From NCBI GenBank assembly GCA_002269645.1, contig NIVC01003424.1, forward strand, positions 1 through 64,000: 64,000 nucleotides of DNA, in the 5' to 3' direction. Made by a program: the position numbers and the translations under genes. The DNA comes from Macrostomum lignano (lineage: Eukaryota). This document shows positions 11,337 through 22,831 of this stretch, one piece after another. The notes beneath the pieces were generated by a model. It had not been told where the DNA came from. It did no database searches and saw only the letters and a list, made by a program, of their open reading frames with translations. Numbering within the stretch: the first letter of the stretch is position 1; each line of letters starts with the position of its first letter.

Positions 11337-13989
11337 ATGTGAAGGTTTCACGACAGATATTCAGACAGACATTCAAAACGATTGTCTGTGATTTTAAACA
11401 AAATTGACCTGCTTCAACTATCTTTTAGGCAAATATTTACACAAGTGTTGGGCGTCAAATAAGCTTTACTTTATTAACCGAAGTGAAAATCTTTCTGATA
11501 TACATTGACTTAAAAATTGTTTAGCAACACTCTGATTAGACATCGCTTTACCGTTGACTGAAATTGTTTTGATCGTAGCAGCCTAAAAGCAGATACTGGA
11601 TTAAAAAATGCTTCGATTTACTCCTTACGAATGTTTCAGCTTTAGAATGACACCTCAGGCGTCGCAAAAGACAGCTTTGATGCTGAGATATTCGACACTA
11701 AACATAGCTTTACGCGAACTCACATTCAGAAATTGCACTGATTTTTTTTGATATTTGTGCAGCTGCTGTGTCCTTGTTTTTCATCAGAATCTCGTCAAAT
11801 TCTATTCATGAATATACACATGTCTCAGCTTTAAAATGACACCTCAGGTGTCGCAAAAGACAGCTTTGATGCTGAGAAATTCAACACTAAACATTGCTTT
11901 GCACGAAATCACATTCAGAAATTTCACTGATTTTTTATCAATATTTGTGCAGCTGTCGTGTCCTTGTTTTTCATCAGAATCTTGTCAAATTCTAGTCATG
12001 TCTATATGCATGTCTCAGCTTTAAAATGACACCTCAGGCGTCGCAAAAGACAGCTTTGATGCTGAGATATTCAACACTAAACATTGCTTTGCGCGAAATC
12101 ACATTCAGAAATTTCACAGATTTTTTATCAATATTTGTGCAGCTGCTGTGTCCTTGTTTTTCATTAGAATCTTGTCAAATTCTAGTCATGTTTATACACA
12201 TGTCTCAGCTTTAAAATGACACCTTAGGCGTCGCAAAAGACAGCTTTGATGCTGAGATATTTGACACTAAACATTGCTTTGCACAAACTCACATTCAGAA
12301 ATTTCACAGATTTTTTATCGATATTTGTGCAGCTGCCATGTCCTTGTTTTTCATCAGAATCTCATCAATTTCTAGTCATGTCTATACGCATGTCTCAGCT
12401 TTAAAATGATACCTCAGGCATCGCAAAAGACAGCTTTGATGCTGAGATATTTGACACTAAACATTGCTTTGCTTGAACTCACATTCAGAAACTTCACTGA
12501 TTTTTATTCAATATTTGTTCAGACACTTGCCTACTCCATTTATTAACCACCGCATGGAGCCTTGCTAACGTACAAGTGTGTATGTAGTTACTGTAAATGG
12601 GGTTTTTGTGACTCACTTAAACTTGTTTATGCATTCTGCAGCTATTAACTGCCTTTCATTGGAGTGATTCATGAAGTCTAGTTGATAAATTTCCACCAAT
12701 TGGACTGCTTCTACGTCAGATCTCAATATTTGGAACTGTCCTTGAACTATTTTAGAGTTAAAGTGAGCTAATGGTATCAAATGGAAGGCTAGTGCTTATA
12801 CTCGTAAGCAAAGCAGGTTCACAATTGAAATGGTTGTATTCATGGCCATGGGATCTAAACTGATCTGTTTCACTTTCACTTGCTTCAGTCTCAGAAGGAG
12901 CAGCAGTTGATGGACTAAGGTGAGAAGAAGATGCGTCACAACTTGAGCTTTTTTTAGAAAATATTTTTAGAAAATATCTTTATCCAATTAAATATTTTCA
13001 TGCGGTTCCTTAGGTTATTCCAAATTCCATATCTAGAAGTCAAGACAGAAAAAAAGTTGAGGACTGCTACGGTAGTCCGTAAGGATTGGAAAGCTTAGCA
13101 GTACATTAGAAATTGCCTGTTCAATCTAAAAAGTATGAAGTACATAGCTATTGGGTTGCAACAACAGTCTAAAAAATTCTTCCTTTTTATTCCCACTGCT
13201 TACCTCATTCCAATTTGGATAGCAGAAGCCACGCAAAAAGTAAAAACAAATAAACTATTTGCTTCATATTAATTGCCACTGACTGTTAATAAATGCGACA
13301 TCAATTTCTCTCAATAACAGTTGGAACATGTTTCTTGTACGCTCGTATATTTATTTGAATCGCAAAGCGGTGAAAAAGTCATGATTGGTTGCCATATGTA
13401 CGAATGTACACTCACAGACTCACTGACTTAGGTACAATCTATGCAATATAAAGGCAGGAATCTTTAAAAATCAAATACTGAAGACAGTTTAAGAGAAGTC
13501 CAGGTTTAAACTGGACATGACTAGAACTTGACAAGATTCTGATAAAAACAAGGACACGGCAGCTGCACAAATATCAATAAAAAATCAGTGCAATTTCTGA
13601 ATGTGATTTCACGCAAAGCAATGTTTAGTGTCGAATATCTGAGCATCAAAGCTGTCTTTTGCGACACCTGAGGTGTCATTTTAAAGCTGAGACATGCATA
13701 AAGAGTAAATTGAAGCATTTTTTAATCCAGTATCTGCTTTTAGGCTGCTACGATCAAAACAATTTCAGTCAATGGTAAAGCGATGTCTAATCAGAGTGTT
13801 GCTAAGCAATTTTTAAATCAATGTATGTCAGAAGGATTTTTACTTCAGTTAATAAAGTAAAGCTTATTCGACGCCCAACACTTGTGTAAATATTTGCCAA
13901 AAAGATGGTTGAAGTGGGTCAATTTTGTTTAAAGTTACAGACAATCATTTTGAATGTCTGTCTGAATATCTGTCGTGAAACTCTGACAT
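11337..13989. mobile_element. Non-autonomous foldback/Mutator-like DNA transposon with ~480-bp TIRs
   Basis: 11337-~11830 is the reverse complement of ~13520-13989. Perfect 9-bp target duplication ATAAATAAA at 11328-11336 and 13990-13998. Confidence 0.85.
11636..12520 (+). repeat. 190-bp tandem repeat (~4.5 copies) expanded inside the left TIR of the foldback element
   Basis: TCAGCTTTA(A/G)AATGA(C/T)ACCT... recurs at ~190-bp spacing. One inverted copy is present in the right TIR. Confidence 0.9.
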
Positions 13990-14429
13990 ATAAATAAACC
14001 ATAATCAGCATGTTAAAATGATATTAATGAAACTTGTTTATTAATAATATAAATTAATAATTAATGGGTTACACTTGCCCTATTAGGCCAGATATATAGC
14101 CAACTCAATATATAGCCAATTCACATGTATCAAGGGCACTTTTCTAATTGCTTCTGCCTATCAATCTATATCTAAGCAGCTTTGCTCTATTAATCAATTT
14201 ATATGTATCACTTGTTATCTCTCTGCATTTGTCTATCAATTTTTTTGGGAGTAGGCAACTCTCCTCTACCTTGTATAGTTCTTCCCACCATCATATAATT
14301 TGTCAGATCTTTGAAAATTTTCTGTTTTGATAGGGCCTAGGCCTATAGCCTAGCCTAAATCTGTTTCTTTTCTAATAAGGGCTTTACTTAATATATTTTG
14401 ATTGTAGTCAATACTAGCCATTTATCCCC

Positions 14430-14720
14430 CTACTAGGGGGGGGGGGGCTTTAAAAATGACACCAATTGGTTTTTATTTTGGCCCAAGAGTATTAACCTTA
14501 CTAATTATCCAAAATATTGATTTCCATTAATCAAAAATTACTTTTTCTTATTTTAGCAAAAATACATTTTCCATTTAGCCTCCTGCTAAGAGGGGGAGGC
14601 TTTAAAAAAGACACCAATTGGTTTTTATTTTGGGCCAAGAGTATTAACCTTACTAATTATTGAAAATGTTGATTCCCATTTATCAAAAAATACTTTTTCT
14701 TTTTTGGCAAAAAAAATTGC
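14430..14720. repeat. Diverged ~153-bp tandem duplication
   Basis: GGCTTTAAAAA(T/A)GACACCAATTGGTTTTTATTTTGG(C/G)CCAAGAGTATTAACCTTACTAATTAT occurs at ~14446 and ~14598. Confidence 0.8.
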
Positions 14721-14974
14721 CATGAATAAAAACTGTAACCAGCCAAAACAGTTTCTTTCATCAGCCCAAAATCTTTGTTCAATCAGCAAATAAGTGCTTA
14801 TCCTTTCTAGCACAAACCAAACCTTTATAAATAAGCTGGCATTTCCTATTAGCAGAAACCAGCATCACTTATGTGTTTGCATCACTCATTATCTAAATTA
14901 AATGAGCTACTTGAGCCCTACTACTTGACAATCTGACAATCGCTCAACAATATAAACCCTTCCCCCAAACAATT

Positions 14975-15160
14975 TAGCTATCTCCCATAAGCCTTGATAT
15001 CTTAGCAATTCCCCCAGTAAGCCTTGACATCTCAGTAGTTCCCCTAGTAAGCATTGACATCTTAAAAATTCCCTTAGTAGGCCTTGACATCTTAGCAATT
15101 CTTCCAGTAAGCCTTGACATCTCAGAAATTCCCCCAATAAGCCTTGACTTCTCAGAAATT
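14975..15160 (+). repeat. 30-bp minisatellite; the same family occurs in opposite orientation at ~20130-20250, ~20475-20560 and ~21775-21980
   Basis: Unit AAGCCTTGACATCTYAGNARTTCCCCNAGT, about 6 copies. Reverse-complement units (GGGAATTGCTGA..TGTCAAGGCTT) occur downstream. Confidence 0.8.
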
Positions 15161-15196
15161 TCCTTATTTCCTTTTACAATATTATAAACTTTAATA

Positions 15197-16449
15197 CAAG
15201 GGGTGTTGCAAAAGTTTCCGGACTAATGCTCTTCATGGTGATAATTTTAGTCTGATTCAGCAAAAAATTTAAACAGACAAAGAGGCAACTTGTATTTTAT
15301 AATATTATAAAGTTTCAGAAAGTTTGGAGTTAATGGTTAATTGTAATAAGCAATTGTACACTAGATTGTTTATAGTCATGAAATACAATTTCCGAGTTAC
15401 AGCTACCAATCATTGTCACTGTCGCTTCTATCGCCGGATGCATCCACAGATTGATTGCTGGCTCGCTCCACGTATTCGCCATTTACGGAGATGCATTTTT
15501 GGTAGCGCTCAATCAGCTTGTCAAAGCCAAACTCCCAGAAGCTGGCATCAAACCAACGCAGAGACTTGTTGGCTGCTTCAATGACCTCCTCGTGCATTGT
15601 GAAGATCTCGCCATGTATTGGCATCTTCATTGGGCCAAAGAGGTGAAAATTGGCAATGGCAAGATCGGGACTGTAGGCTGGGTGGTTCAGCAGTTGGAAG
15701 CCTAGCTCTCCCGCCTTGGCTTGCGTGCGAGCGGCAGCATGAGGACGCGCATTGTCCCAGAGAATGAAGGGCTTCTGGCGCATAATGCGACACTTAATCA
15801 GAATGGCATCACACAGGCGGTGGAGCTGATTGATGACATAGTCAGCATTGATGGTCTGACCTTGGGGCAGGTGGTCAACCATCAGCATACCACGAGCATC
15901 AAACCACACAGTGCACATGACACTCTGCATCCATGCCAACTTCATGGCCTTTTGGTGCAGGTGGCTTACTTTTGGGCCCCAATGCATAGTCTGCTGTTTT
16001 GTCTGCGGTTGAAACATGGGCAGCAGTGTTTCATCCATTGTGATGAGCAGCTCTTTGAACTTGCTGTCACCCAGTTCGTTCCACAACACCCAGTTCTCTA
16101 GCGAGTAATGCACATGTGCTTTCTTGTGCTCTTCCATCAGTTCACGTGGCACCCACTTTGCACAAATCTTGGAGTAGCCTTGGCGTTGCAGAATGCGGCA
16201 CACAAATAAGTAGTGGATACCAACAACACTCTCCATGCTCACTTTTGGTTTGTGAAAATTCCTTTCAATAGCTTCAAAGGGTTGCAACTTATTTTGGCCC
16301 TGATGTATGCTGTGATTAACTAAGCTGCAAAAAAATTTAGGAAAAGTTTTTTTCTATGGCTGAATACCATAGACATCAATTTTCAGCCAAATCAAACACA
16401 AATATCACCATGAAGAGCATTAGTCCAGAAACTTTTGCAACACCCCTCG
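15197..16449 (-). mobile_element. Mariner (Tc1/mariner, DD34D class) DNA transposon, 1253 bp
   Basis: ~50-bp TIRs CA/GAGGGGTGTTGCAAAAGTTTCYGGACTAATGCTCTTCATGGTGATA. TA target dinucleotides at 15195-15196 and 16450-16451. Contains a transposase ORF. Confidence 0.95.
15403..16287 (-). pseudogene. Mariner transposase, N-terminally truncated, third catalytic Asp apparently replaced
   Basis: Motifs WVPREL, ITMDET, WDNARPH and YSPDLAIANFHLF (canonical YSPDLAPSDY/FHLF). No ATG start, and only 294 aa against ~345 aa typical. Confidence 0.9.
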
Positions 16450-16829
16450 TATATAATGTAAATTAAATGTGGAACAATATTAGAAATAAAAAAATAAGTT
16501 AAATAATTGTAAATAAATTTAATAAATTTTTTTCAAGTATACTGCACTATACCCAGTGTCAAAAGTTGACCAATAGCTATAAGCAATAGAAAAATACATA
16601 AAAATGAAAAGGTGCTATGTATAATGGCAAAAAAATTAGCTTGAAATAGCAGGTTTAAGCTAGCTGTGGCAAAGCAGAATATGAAGGCTCATCTCCTTGG
16701 TATAAGTAGGAAGGACTGGGGTCTTGCAGTACCATGTCATACTCTCCTTTACCTTGGCAGCCAAGGCATTGGAGGTTGTATAGTGTGGCAAGATTAGCAA
16801 GATGGCTAGGTTGTGTAGTATGCTGGCAA

Positions 16830-18900
16830 GTTCATTAGTATTATGTGGAATTCAAGTCCTCAGGACCTCAATAAGCTTGGCTTCTTGACACTAACAATGC
16901 TATTTATTAGCTCTGGGTTCTATACCTTTATATGTCTTGATGCCAATAAAAGCAAAGTCTACTAGACTGTGGCCACCACTGATAAAGTTGAGTGTTATAC
17001 CACTGGAGTGTTACAGGCATGCCAAATATCATCATTGTGTGCTAACATATGATTGCACATATTGTTGGCAGTCTTGCTAATATAGATTATGTGGTCACAC
17101 CAATGTTTGTGGCATTATAGTCAATTCTTTGGCTGATGAGTATTTGGACAGTGGTGGCTATCAAGCCAGGATAGATAGTATTGAATTAGGCATGTCTGGC
17201 AACATTTGCAGAGCCAAGCCATTTGCAGTTGCATAGCAAGAAGCCAAACTCCTACTATCTTGTTAGGTATACTCGTAGAAGCCCAGCTCAGTCAACATAT
17301 TGTACTTAATAGTGCAGAGAAAATGCCAGCCATAGCCTTGGTGTTACACCAGATTTGGCATTGGCCTAGTACATGCTAGTCAAAGTTGGCCATCTGGGAA
17401 CATAGCTAGGCATACCTAAGGAGCTGAGACTTGAACATGCCTCAGAAAGTTTGTTTAGAATAGAAGGAGCCGCAATAGATAAAGGCTTGGATGTCAGTAA
17501 GCTTGAAGTATACCTTGGTTACTAGGCTCTTGCAATCTCTATTGCTGTTTTAGAGAATAGTGATATCTAGGAAATTGATTTCTATGCTGCTGTAGCTCAG
17601 TTGAAGCCAGATACAAGCTATTTGGGTCAAGGGTATCTAGGTATTAATAGAACTAAACCAGCTCTGCCTTTGTGCTGTGCCACATACCAAAGATATTGTC
17701 AATATAGCAAAGCCATAGGCTGGGCTTTTATAGGCTAATATCTAGGCCTCTTTGCTCCTAATAGCCCATGTAGATATTGCTATAGCTGGGGACAAATGAC
17801 TTCCCTATGACAATGCCTTTCAATTGCAGGAAGTATTTATTATCAAACTTTAAGTTTTTGCATTCCAGGTTTAGCTTAAATAGGCTAAACAGGCTGGCAT
17901 CCAGATAACAACTATCTAGGTACTCCCTGAATTCCCTCCATATGTACTTGAGACTAGCCTTTGTTAAGATATTGGTATATAGCCTGGCAATGTCTATGGT
18001 AAACAGGAGGGTCTACTTAGAGGCCAGACAGTCAATCCCACAATAGCAGCCTAGAAATGGTTTGTGTCCCTAATGAAACTAGGCAGTTTGATGACAATTG
18101 GCTACAAGAAGCTATTGATGAAGCAGTTGCTAGTGTAAGACTCATTGTCTTCATTAGACACAGTAGGCCAGTCCAGAGAAATGTTGCTAAGCAACAAAAA
18201 CTTGACAAGCTTATGGATCTTAAATAAGATATAGAAGTTCTATGTGCAGAACTTGTTCTTCAGACTGAAGATGCCATGGATCATCTGGGCTATGAATTGG
18301 CTAATTAGTATGCTCAGAGGCAGGTTAAAATAGTAGGTTTTCTAGCTGATATAGACATTCATAGATAGTAATGGTGTTCTAAACCAAAATGACCAGCTGG
18401 CTGTCCTTATTGGCTGGCTTGATGATGATAGACTTGTCTACCCATAGGTCCTGCAGAGCCTTTGCCTCTACCTTGTTGACATTTGGAATGTTCCTGTAGT
18501 CTTTAACTTTGTCTTTGATATTGTCCAGCTCTTATAACATTACTTGAGTCTTGGGCCTAAGGTGCTTCAGATCAATGTTGGTTGTTAGGTGGTAGGGGAC
18601 AGGCAGCCTGTCATTTATAACCAGTTGATATTTGAAGCCCTGAATTGCTAAGACTACAAGCTGGTAGCCAAAATTGCTAAGATAGAAGCCAATGACTCTG
18701 CTAGGGTGCACTAAGGGACCACCACAAGACTGGCCATATTCCAACAGCCTCTGTTTATATAGTTTCAAGATGTGGCAAAACAGGTTCATCACCCTCTATT
18801 TAGGAAGCCAATCTTAGCCTGCTTAGTTTTTTGGAAAGTTGCCTACTGTCTTTAGGATAATAGCAAATGCATTAGCAGCCAACTGCCTATCTAGGCCAAT
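16830..18900 (-). mobile_element. Decayed Penelope-like retroelement (RT + GIY-YIG endonuclease)
   Basis: Minus-strand remnants in order: KSIIIKPANKDSQLVIL; LFTIDIARLYTNI; FDNKYFLQLKGIVIGKSFVPSYSNIYMGY; YIDNIFGMW; EINFLDITI; TKVYFKLTD...KSQLLRY; YISKTAN; SGGHSLVDFAFIGI...EAKLIEVLRT. Many stops and frameshifts. Confidence 0.85.
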
Positions 18901-19019
18901 GCAATTACATTAGAAGGAAAGCTTGCTAGCATCTAATAAGACAAGGCTAACAGATTGTTGGTTGCTTAGCGGCTAGTTAGTCTTATAGAAGTTTGTCCTC
19001 ACCATTGCCAATATGTCCG

Positions 19020-19445
19020 TAAATAATATATAAAATAATAGAGGAGACAAGAAAGAAAATAAAGAGAATAAAGGAGAGGCAAAAGGAAAAGGAGGAGAGA
19101 AAAAAGGGAAGACAGAGAGAGAGAAAAAAGGAAGACAGAGAGAGAAAAGAGAATAGAGAGAAAAGAGGAAAAAATAGTGAAATGGAGAGAAAAAAAAGAA
19201 AAGAATAAAGACAAAAAAGATAAAGATAAAAGATAAAAAAGCAAAAAGAAAGGAGCTAAGAAAGATAAAAGAATAAAGTCAAGAGAAAAAAATGAAACAC
19301 AAAAGATAAGAGCAGAGAACAAATAATAAAGGACAGAGAAAAGAAGAGTAGATAGAAGAAAGAAGAGATGAGAAAGCAGAGTAGAGAAGAAAGAAGATGA
19401 GATGATATATAAGATAAAAAAATATAGAAAGAAAAAAAGTAGAGT
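19020..19445. repeat. Purine-only (A/G) low-complexity tract upstream of the Penelope ORF
   Basis: Almost exclusively A/G on the + strand (GAGAAAAGAGG...). It generates the spurious F/L/S-rich ORFs in the track. Confidence 0.85.
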
Positions 19446-19802
19446 TATCTATTATCCCATGTGGTACCCTAGCTAACAAGAACAATGCTTATCTCTATCT
19501 TAACTATTAACTATCATTTATTTGAGTATGACTTTAGATTTTAAAATGCATGCAAAAACAGTTCCAAGGATTCAAATTCAGCAGGTTCAAAATCCATGGG
19601 TTTCAACAGTTTGTAAAATATAAAAAAGCATTATATAGACCAAGACAAAGCATAAATAAAAATGAATGGAAATGAATAAAGCTTCATATAAAACATTAAA
19701 GAAATGTTAAATAAGAAATAAAAGAAATGTTATGTTAAACATGAAAGAAGCATCATATAAAACAAAAATGTCATGTATAATATAAAACAATATCATATAA
19801 AA

Positions 19803-19996
19803 TAGCAGTTCTCAATCTTTTTTCAGGTGACCCAAATTTATTCAGTTATATCAGTTTTTAATGTTTACAACCCCTTTTATAATCAATATAATGCATCATT
19901 AAATATGACATACTCACACATTTTTAGTGCTGCGACCCCCAGAAAATGGTCACGCAACCCCACTAGGGGTTGTGACCCATAGGTTGAAAACCACTG
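19803..19996. mobile_element. hAT (Charlie-like) MITE, 194 bp
   Basis: Ends TAGCAGTTCTCAA... / ...GGTTGAAAACCACTG (consensus CAGTGGTTCTCAACC). Perfect 8-bp TSD ATATAAAA at 19795-19802 and 19997-20004. Confidence 0.85.
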
Positions 19997-20852
19997 ATAT
20001 AAAACTTAAAATAAAAATCATATAAAACATAAAAATAATAAATCATATAAAACAAGTTGGAAAAATAGAAGAATAATTTAAAGCATAATATGAGCTTATA
20101 AAAAAGGTGTCATATAGTCTTAGAGAATTGCTAAATAGGGCATAGGGGAATGGCTATAATGTCAAGGCTTGTAGGGGGAATTGCTGAAATAGCAAGGCTT
20201 ATAAGGAGAATTGCTTAGAGGTCAAGGCTCATGGGAAGAATTGTTAAGATATAAAAGCTAAGGTATTATATAGTTTATTCAAAAAATGATTACATTCTTT
20301 AATTGCTTCCCAATGCTAATAAAAAGGTCATTAGTAGACATAAAAAAGTGTTATTTAAAACATTAAAAGAAGTGCCAAGTCAAAAAGAAGAGTCATAAAA
20401 TCTAAAAGAAGCATCATGCCAAAGTGTGATGCCAGACATAAAAGAGGCATCATTTTGAACATAGAAAATTCATCTGGGAATTGCTATGTAATCAAAGCTT
20501 GGAGAGAATTGCTATATTGTTGTGACTTGTGAGGAATTATTGAAATGTTAAGGCCTATAGTGAAAGGCTAAATAAGCTTGCATCACATAAGTACAAACTA
20601 TCTAGCACAAAGTCACAAAGCTGATGGTCCAATACAAAGTCAAGAAACTTTATTTTACCTATATTTTTTTCACAAAGTTGTAATGTTTAGACTTAAAAAA
20701 GCTAAAATTTTCAGATTCAAAATGTTAAAATGTTGCTATTAGAAATGGTAAAATGTTCCAATTTAAAATGATTAAATGTTCAATAGCTAAGAATAGAACC
20801 ACATATTATGTTATGCAAGTCTGAGGCTGGGATTTGGTGGTCTGTTTAGTCT

Positions 20853-20965
20853 AGCACTGGCTGCAGCTGATGGTCCAGCACTGGCTACAGCTGATGGTCC
20901 AGCACTGGCTACAGCTGATGGTCCAGCACTGGCTACAGCTGATGGTCCAGCACTGGTTGCAGCTC
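20853..20965. repeat. 24-bp tandem repeat (~4.5 copies)
   Basis: GCTGATGGTCCAGCACTGGCTACA repeated. Confidence 0.9.
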
Positions 20966-21440
20966 AAGTAATAGCAGAATGATTCTGCGACACTGTCAAT
21001 ACATTGTGCTTTAAACTTCCATAAAGCTGATCCCAGTTGCCACGGAAGTAGCTGTGCACTTTGCATCAAATACCTCCCTCAGACTGGCGCTGCTCACCTT
21101 AGCCTGCCTCTTAAGTCGCAATTTGAGTTGCAGCAACTGTCAAGGCTCCACTTTGTGGTTTTGCATGCAGATATCTATACAAATTTGTCTATCCTATTGG
21201 ATAGTAGTGCAGTTTGGGTAGGTTTTCTATGTGCATCAGTAGCCTTGCACTCTGTTGCAGTCATTGTCCTTATAATACAAGAAGCCTTGATACCAATACA
21301 GGCACAAGCATCTTCTGTTTTTCTCAACTGGCTCCATTCTTGAACTATTTAGATTGGTGCCATCAGATGAGTATCTGGCTTTTAAGCCACACACACTTTC
21401 CCTCAGTTGTGCATCTTCAATGTACATGTAGTTTGCATTA
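20965..21440 (-). pseudogene. Remnant FLYWCH-type zinc finger / N-terminal part of a MULE transposase
   Basis: Minus frames give GFLYYKDNDCNRVQGY*CT*KTYPNC...QNH...LKRQAK, then SFMEV*STMY*QCRR. This matches the FLYWCH and F..V.S.MYR.RR layout of animal MULE transposases. Confidence 0.5.
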
Positions 21441-22831
21441 CATTGATTGGATTGACTTCTTACCTAGCATTATATAACCTAATATTTTAAGCTAGCCTCA
21501 TTGGCTAAGATTGTGGCTCTACCCCACCCATCTAGCCACCTTACCCATCCACCCAGCAAGAACTGCACTGACTTGGTGGGAGAGCTGAATGTGCCTGTGT
21601 CTTATTAATCTAGCTTCAAGCTGCAGCATTCAGATTGATGCATCTAGAATGTGCACTTGTGCCAGACTCATGCATTTAAGATGTGCACTTGTGCCAGTGC
21701 ACGCTTGTGTCACTAAGAGCAGTTAAAAATACACGCTTATGTCAGGCACACTTAATCATGCATCCCACCCTACAGGGCAAGAATTGCTAAGCTGTCAAGG
21801 CTTTAATGTTAGGATTAGGGTTAGTGGAAATTGATAAGATTTCAATGGTAATAGGAGATTTGTTGAGACTTCAAAGCTTATGGGAAGCATTGCTGAGATG
21901 TCAAAGTTCATTAGGGGAATAACTGAAATGTTAAGGCTTGTTGTATGTCAAGCCTTACAAGACAAGGGGAATTGCTGATGTTAATGTAAGAAGTAGCTGA
22001 ATGTATTTTATTCAAAAAATTGTATTCTATTCTTTGTTGACTCCTCAATAGGGGTGCTGATTGCTAGTATCAGCTAAAAATATTGCTAGGCCAAGACAAG
22101 AACTAAGCATATTAGGAAAGAACAAACCAAGAAATCAACAATTATTATGATAATAGGACTTATCATTTGTATCATTGGTATCAAATATATGCTCAGTTCA
22201 TTTTCACAAGCATTAGTCTTGTGTACCATAAAATGGTTTATATCAAAATCATATCATAAAAATAGTGCAGAACTTGTTACTCCTATATAAAATACTTTTA
22301 CATATACTTGTTTCTTAAGTGTCTTGTTTTTTCATGTTTTCATATTTATAGTTGCATTGGTTTTTTATTTAACAACAACAAATTACACAGCCCTGCAAGC
22401 AAAGTCACAAAGCAGGGTGCGCATTAGATGGCACGCCACAGAGCCTGAGAGCAGACAAAGTCCGCCCTGTTGGTGGACCTCGGTTTATTTAAATATTAAA
22501 TTCAAAGCGATTTCCAGGCTATTTATTTAAATATTTGAGAATTTAGTTTAAAAATGCTTATGCTTTTCAATTTTGCTATTTGACTTTTTGTAGAAATAAC
22601 TGTGTAGTTAAGATAATGCTATTTACAGAAAGAGTTATATTGCTCTAATAAACATTCTGTTTTGTAGATTATTAAATATTTTCTTTAAACATACTGCTGG
22701 CAGAATTTTTTTTTATGAAACTAGGGAACTAGGACACTGGTGAACTCTTGGGTTATTTATCCTATGGGTTTTTGATTTGTGTAATTACCAAAGTTCATAC
22801 AACTCCGTTTTCATATTTTCTAACCTTTTGC

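Noticed and set aside
18999-19485. F/L/S-rich ORFs resembling membrane proteins
   Set aside because: Translation of the A/G low-complexity tract.
22748-22831. 28-aa N-terminal extension of PSMC1 in the ORF track
   Set aside because: Starts at TTG and is non-homologous and T-rich. The conserved protein begins MGQ at 22832.
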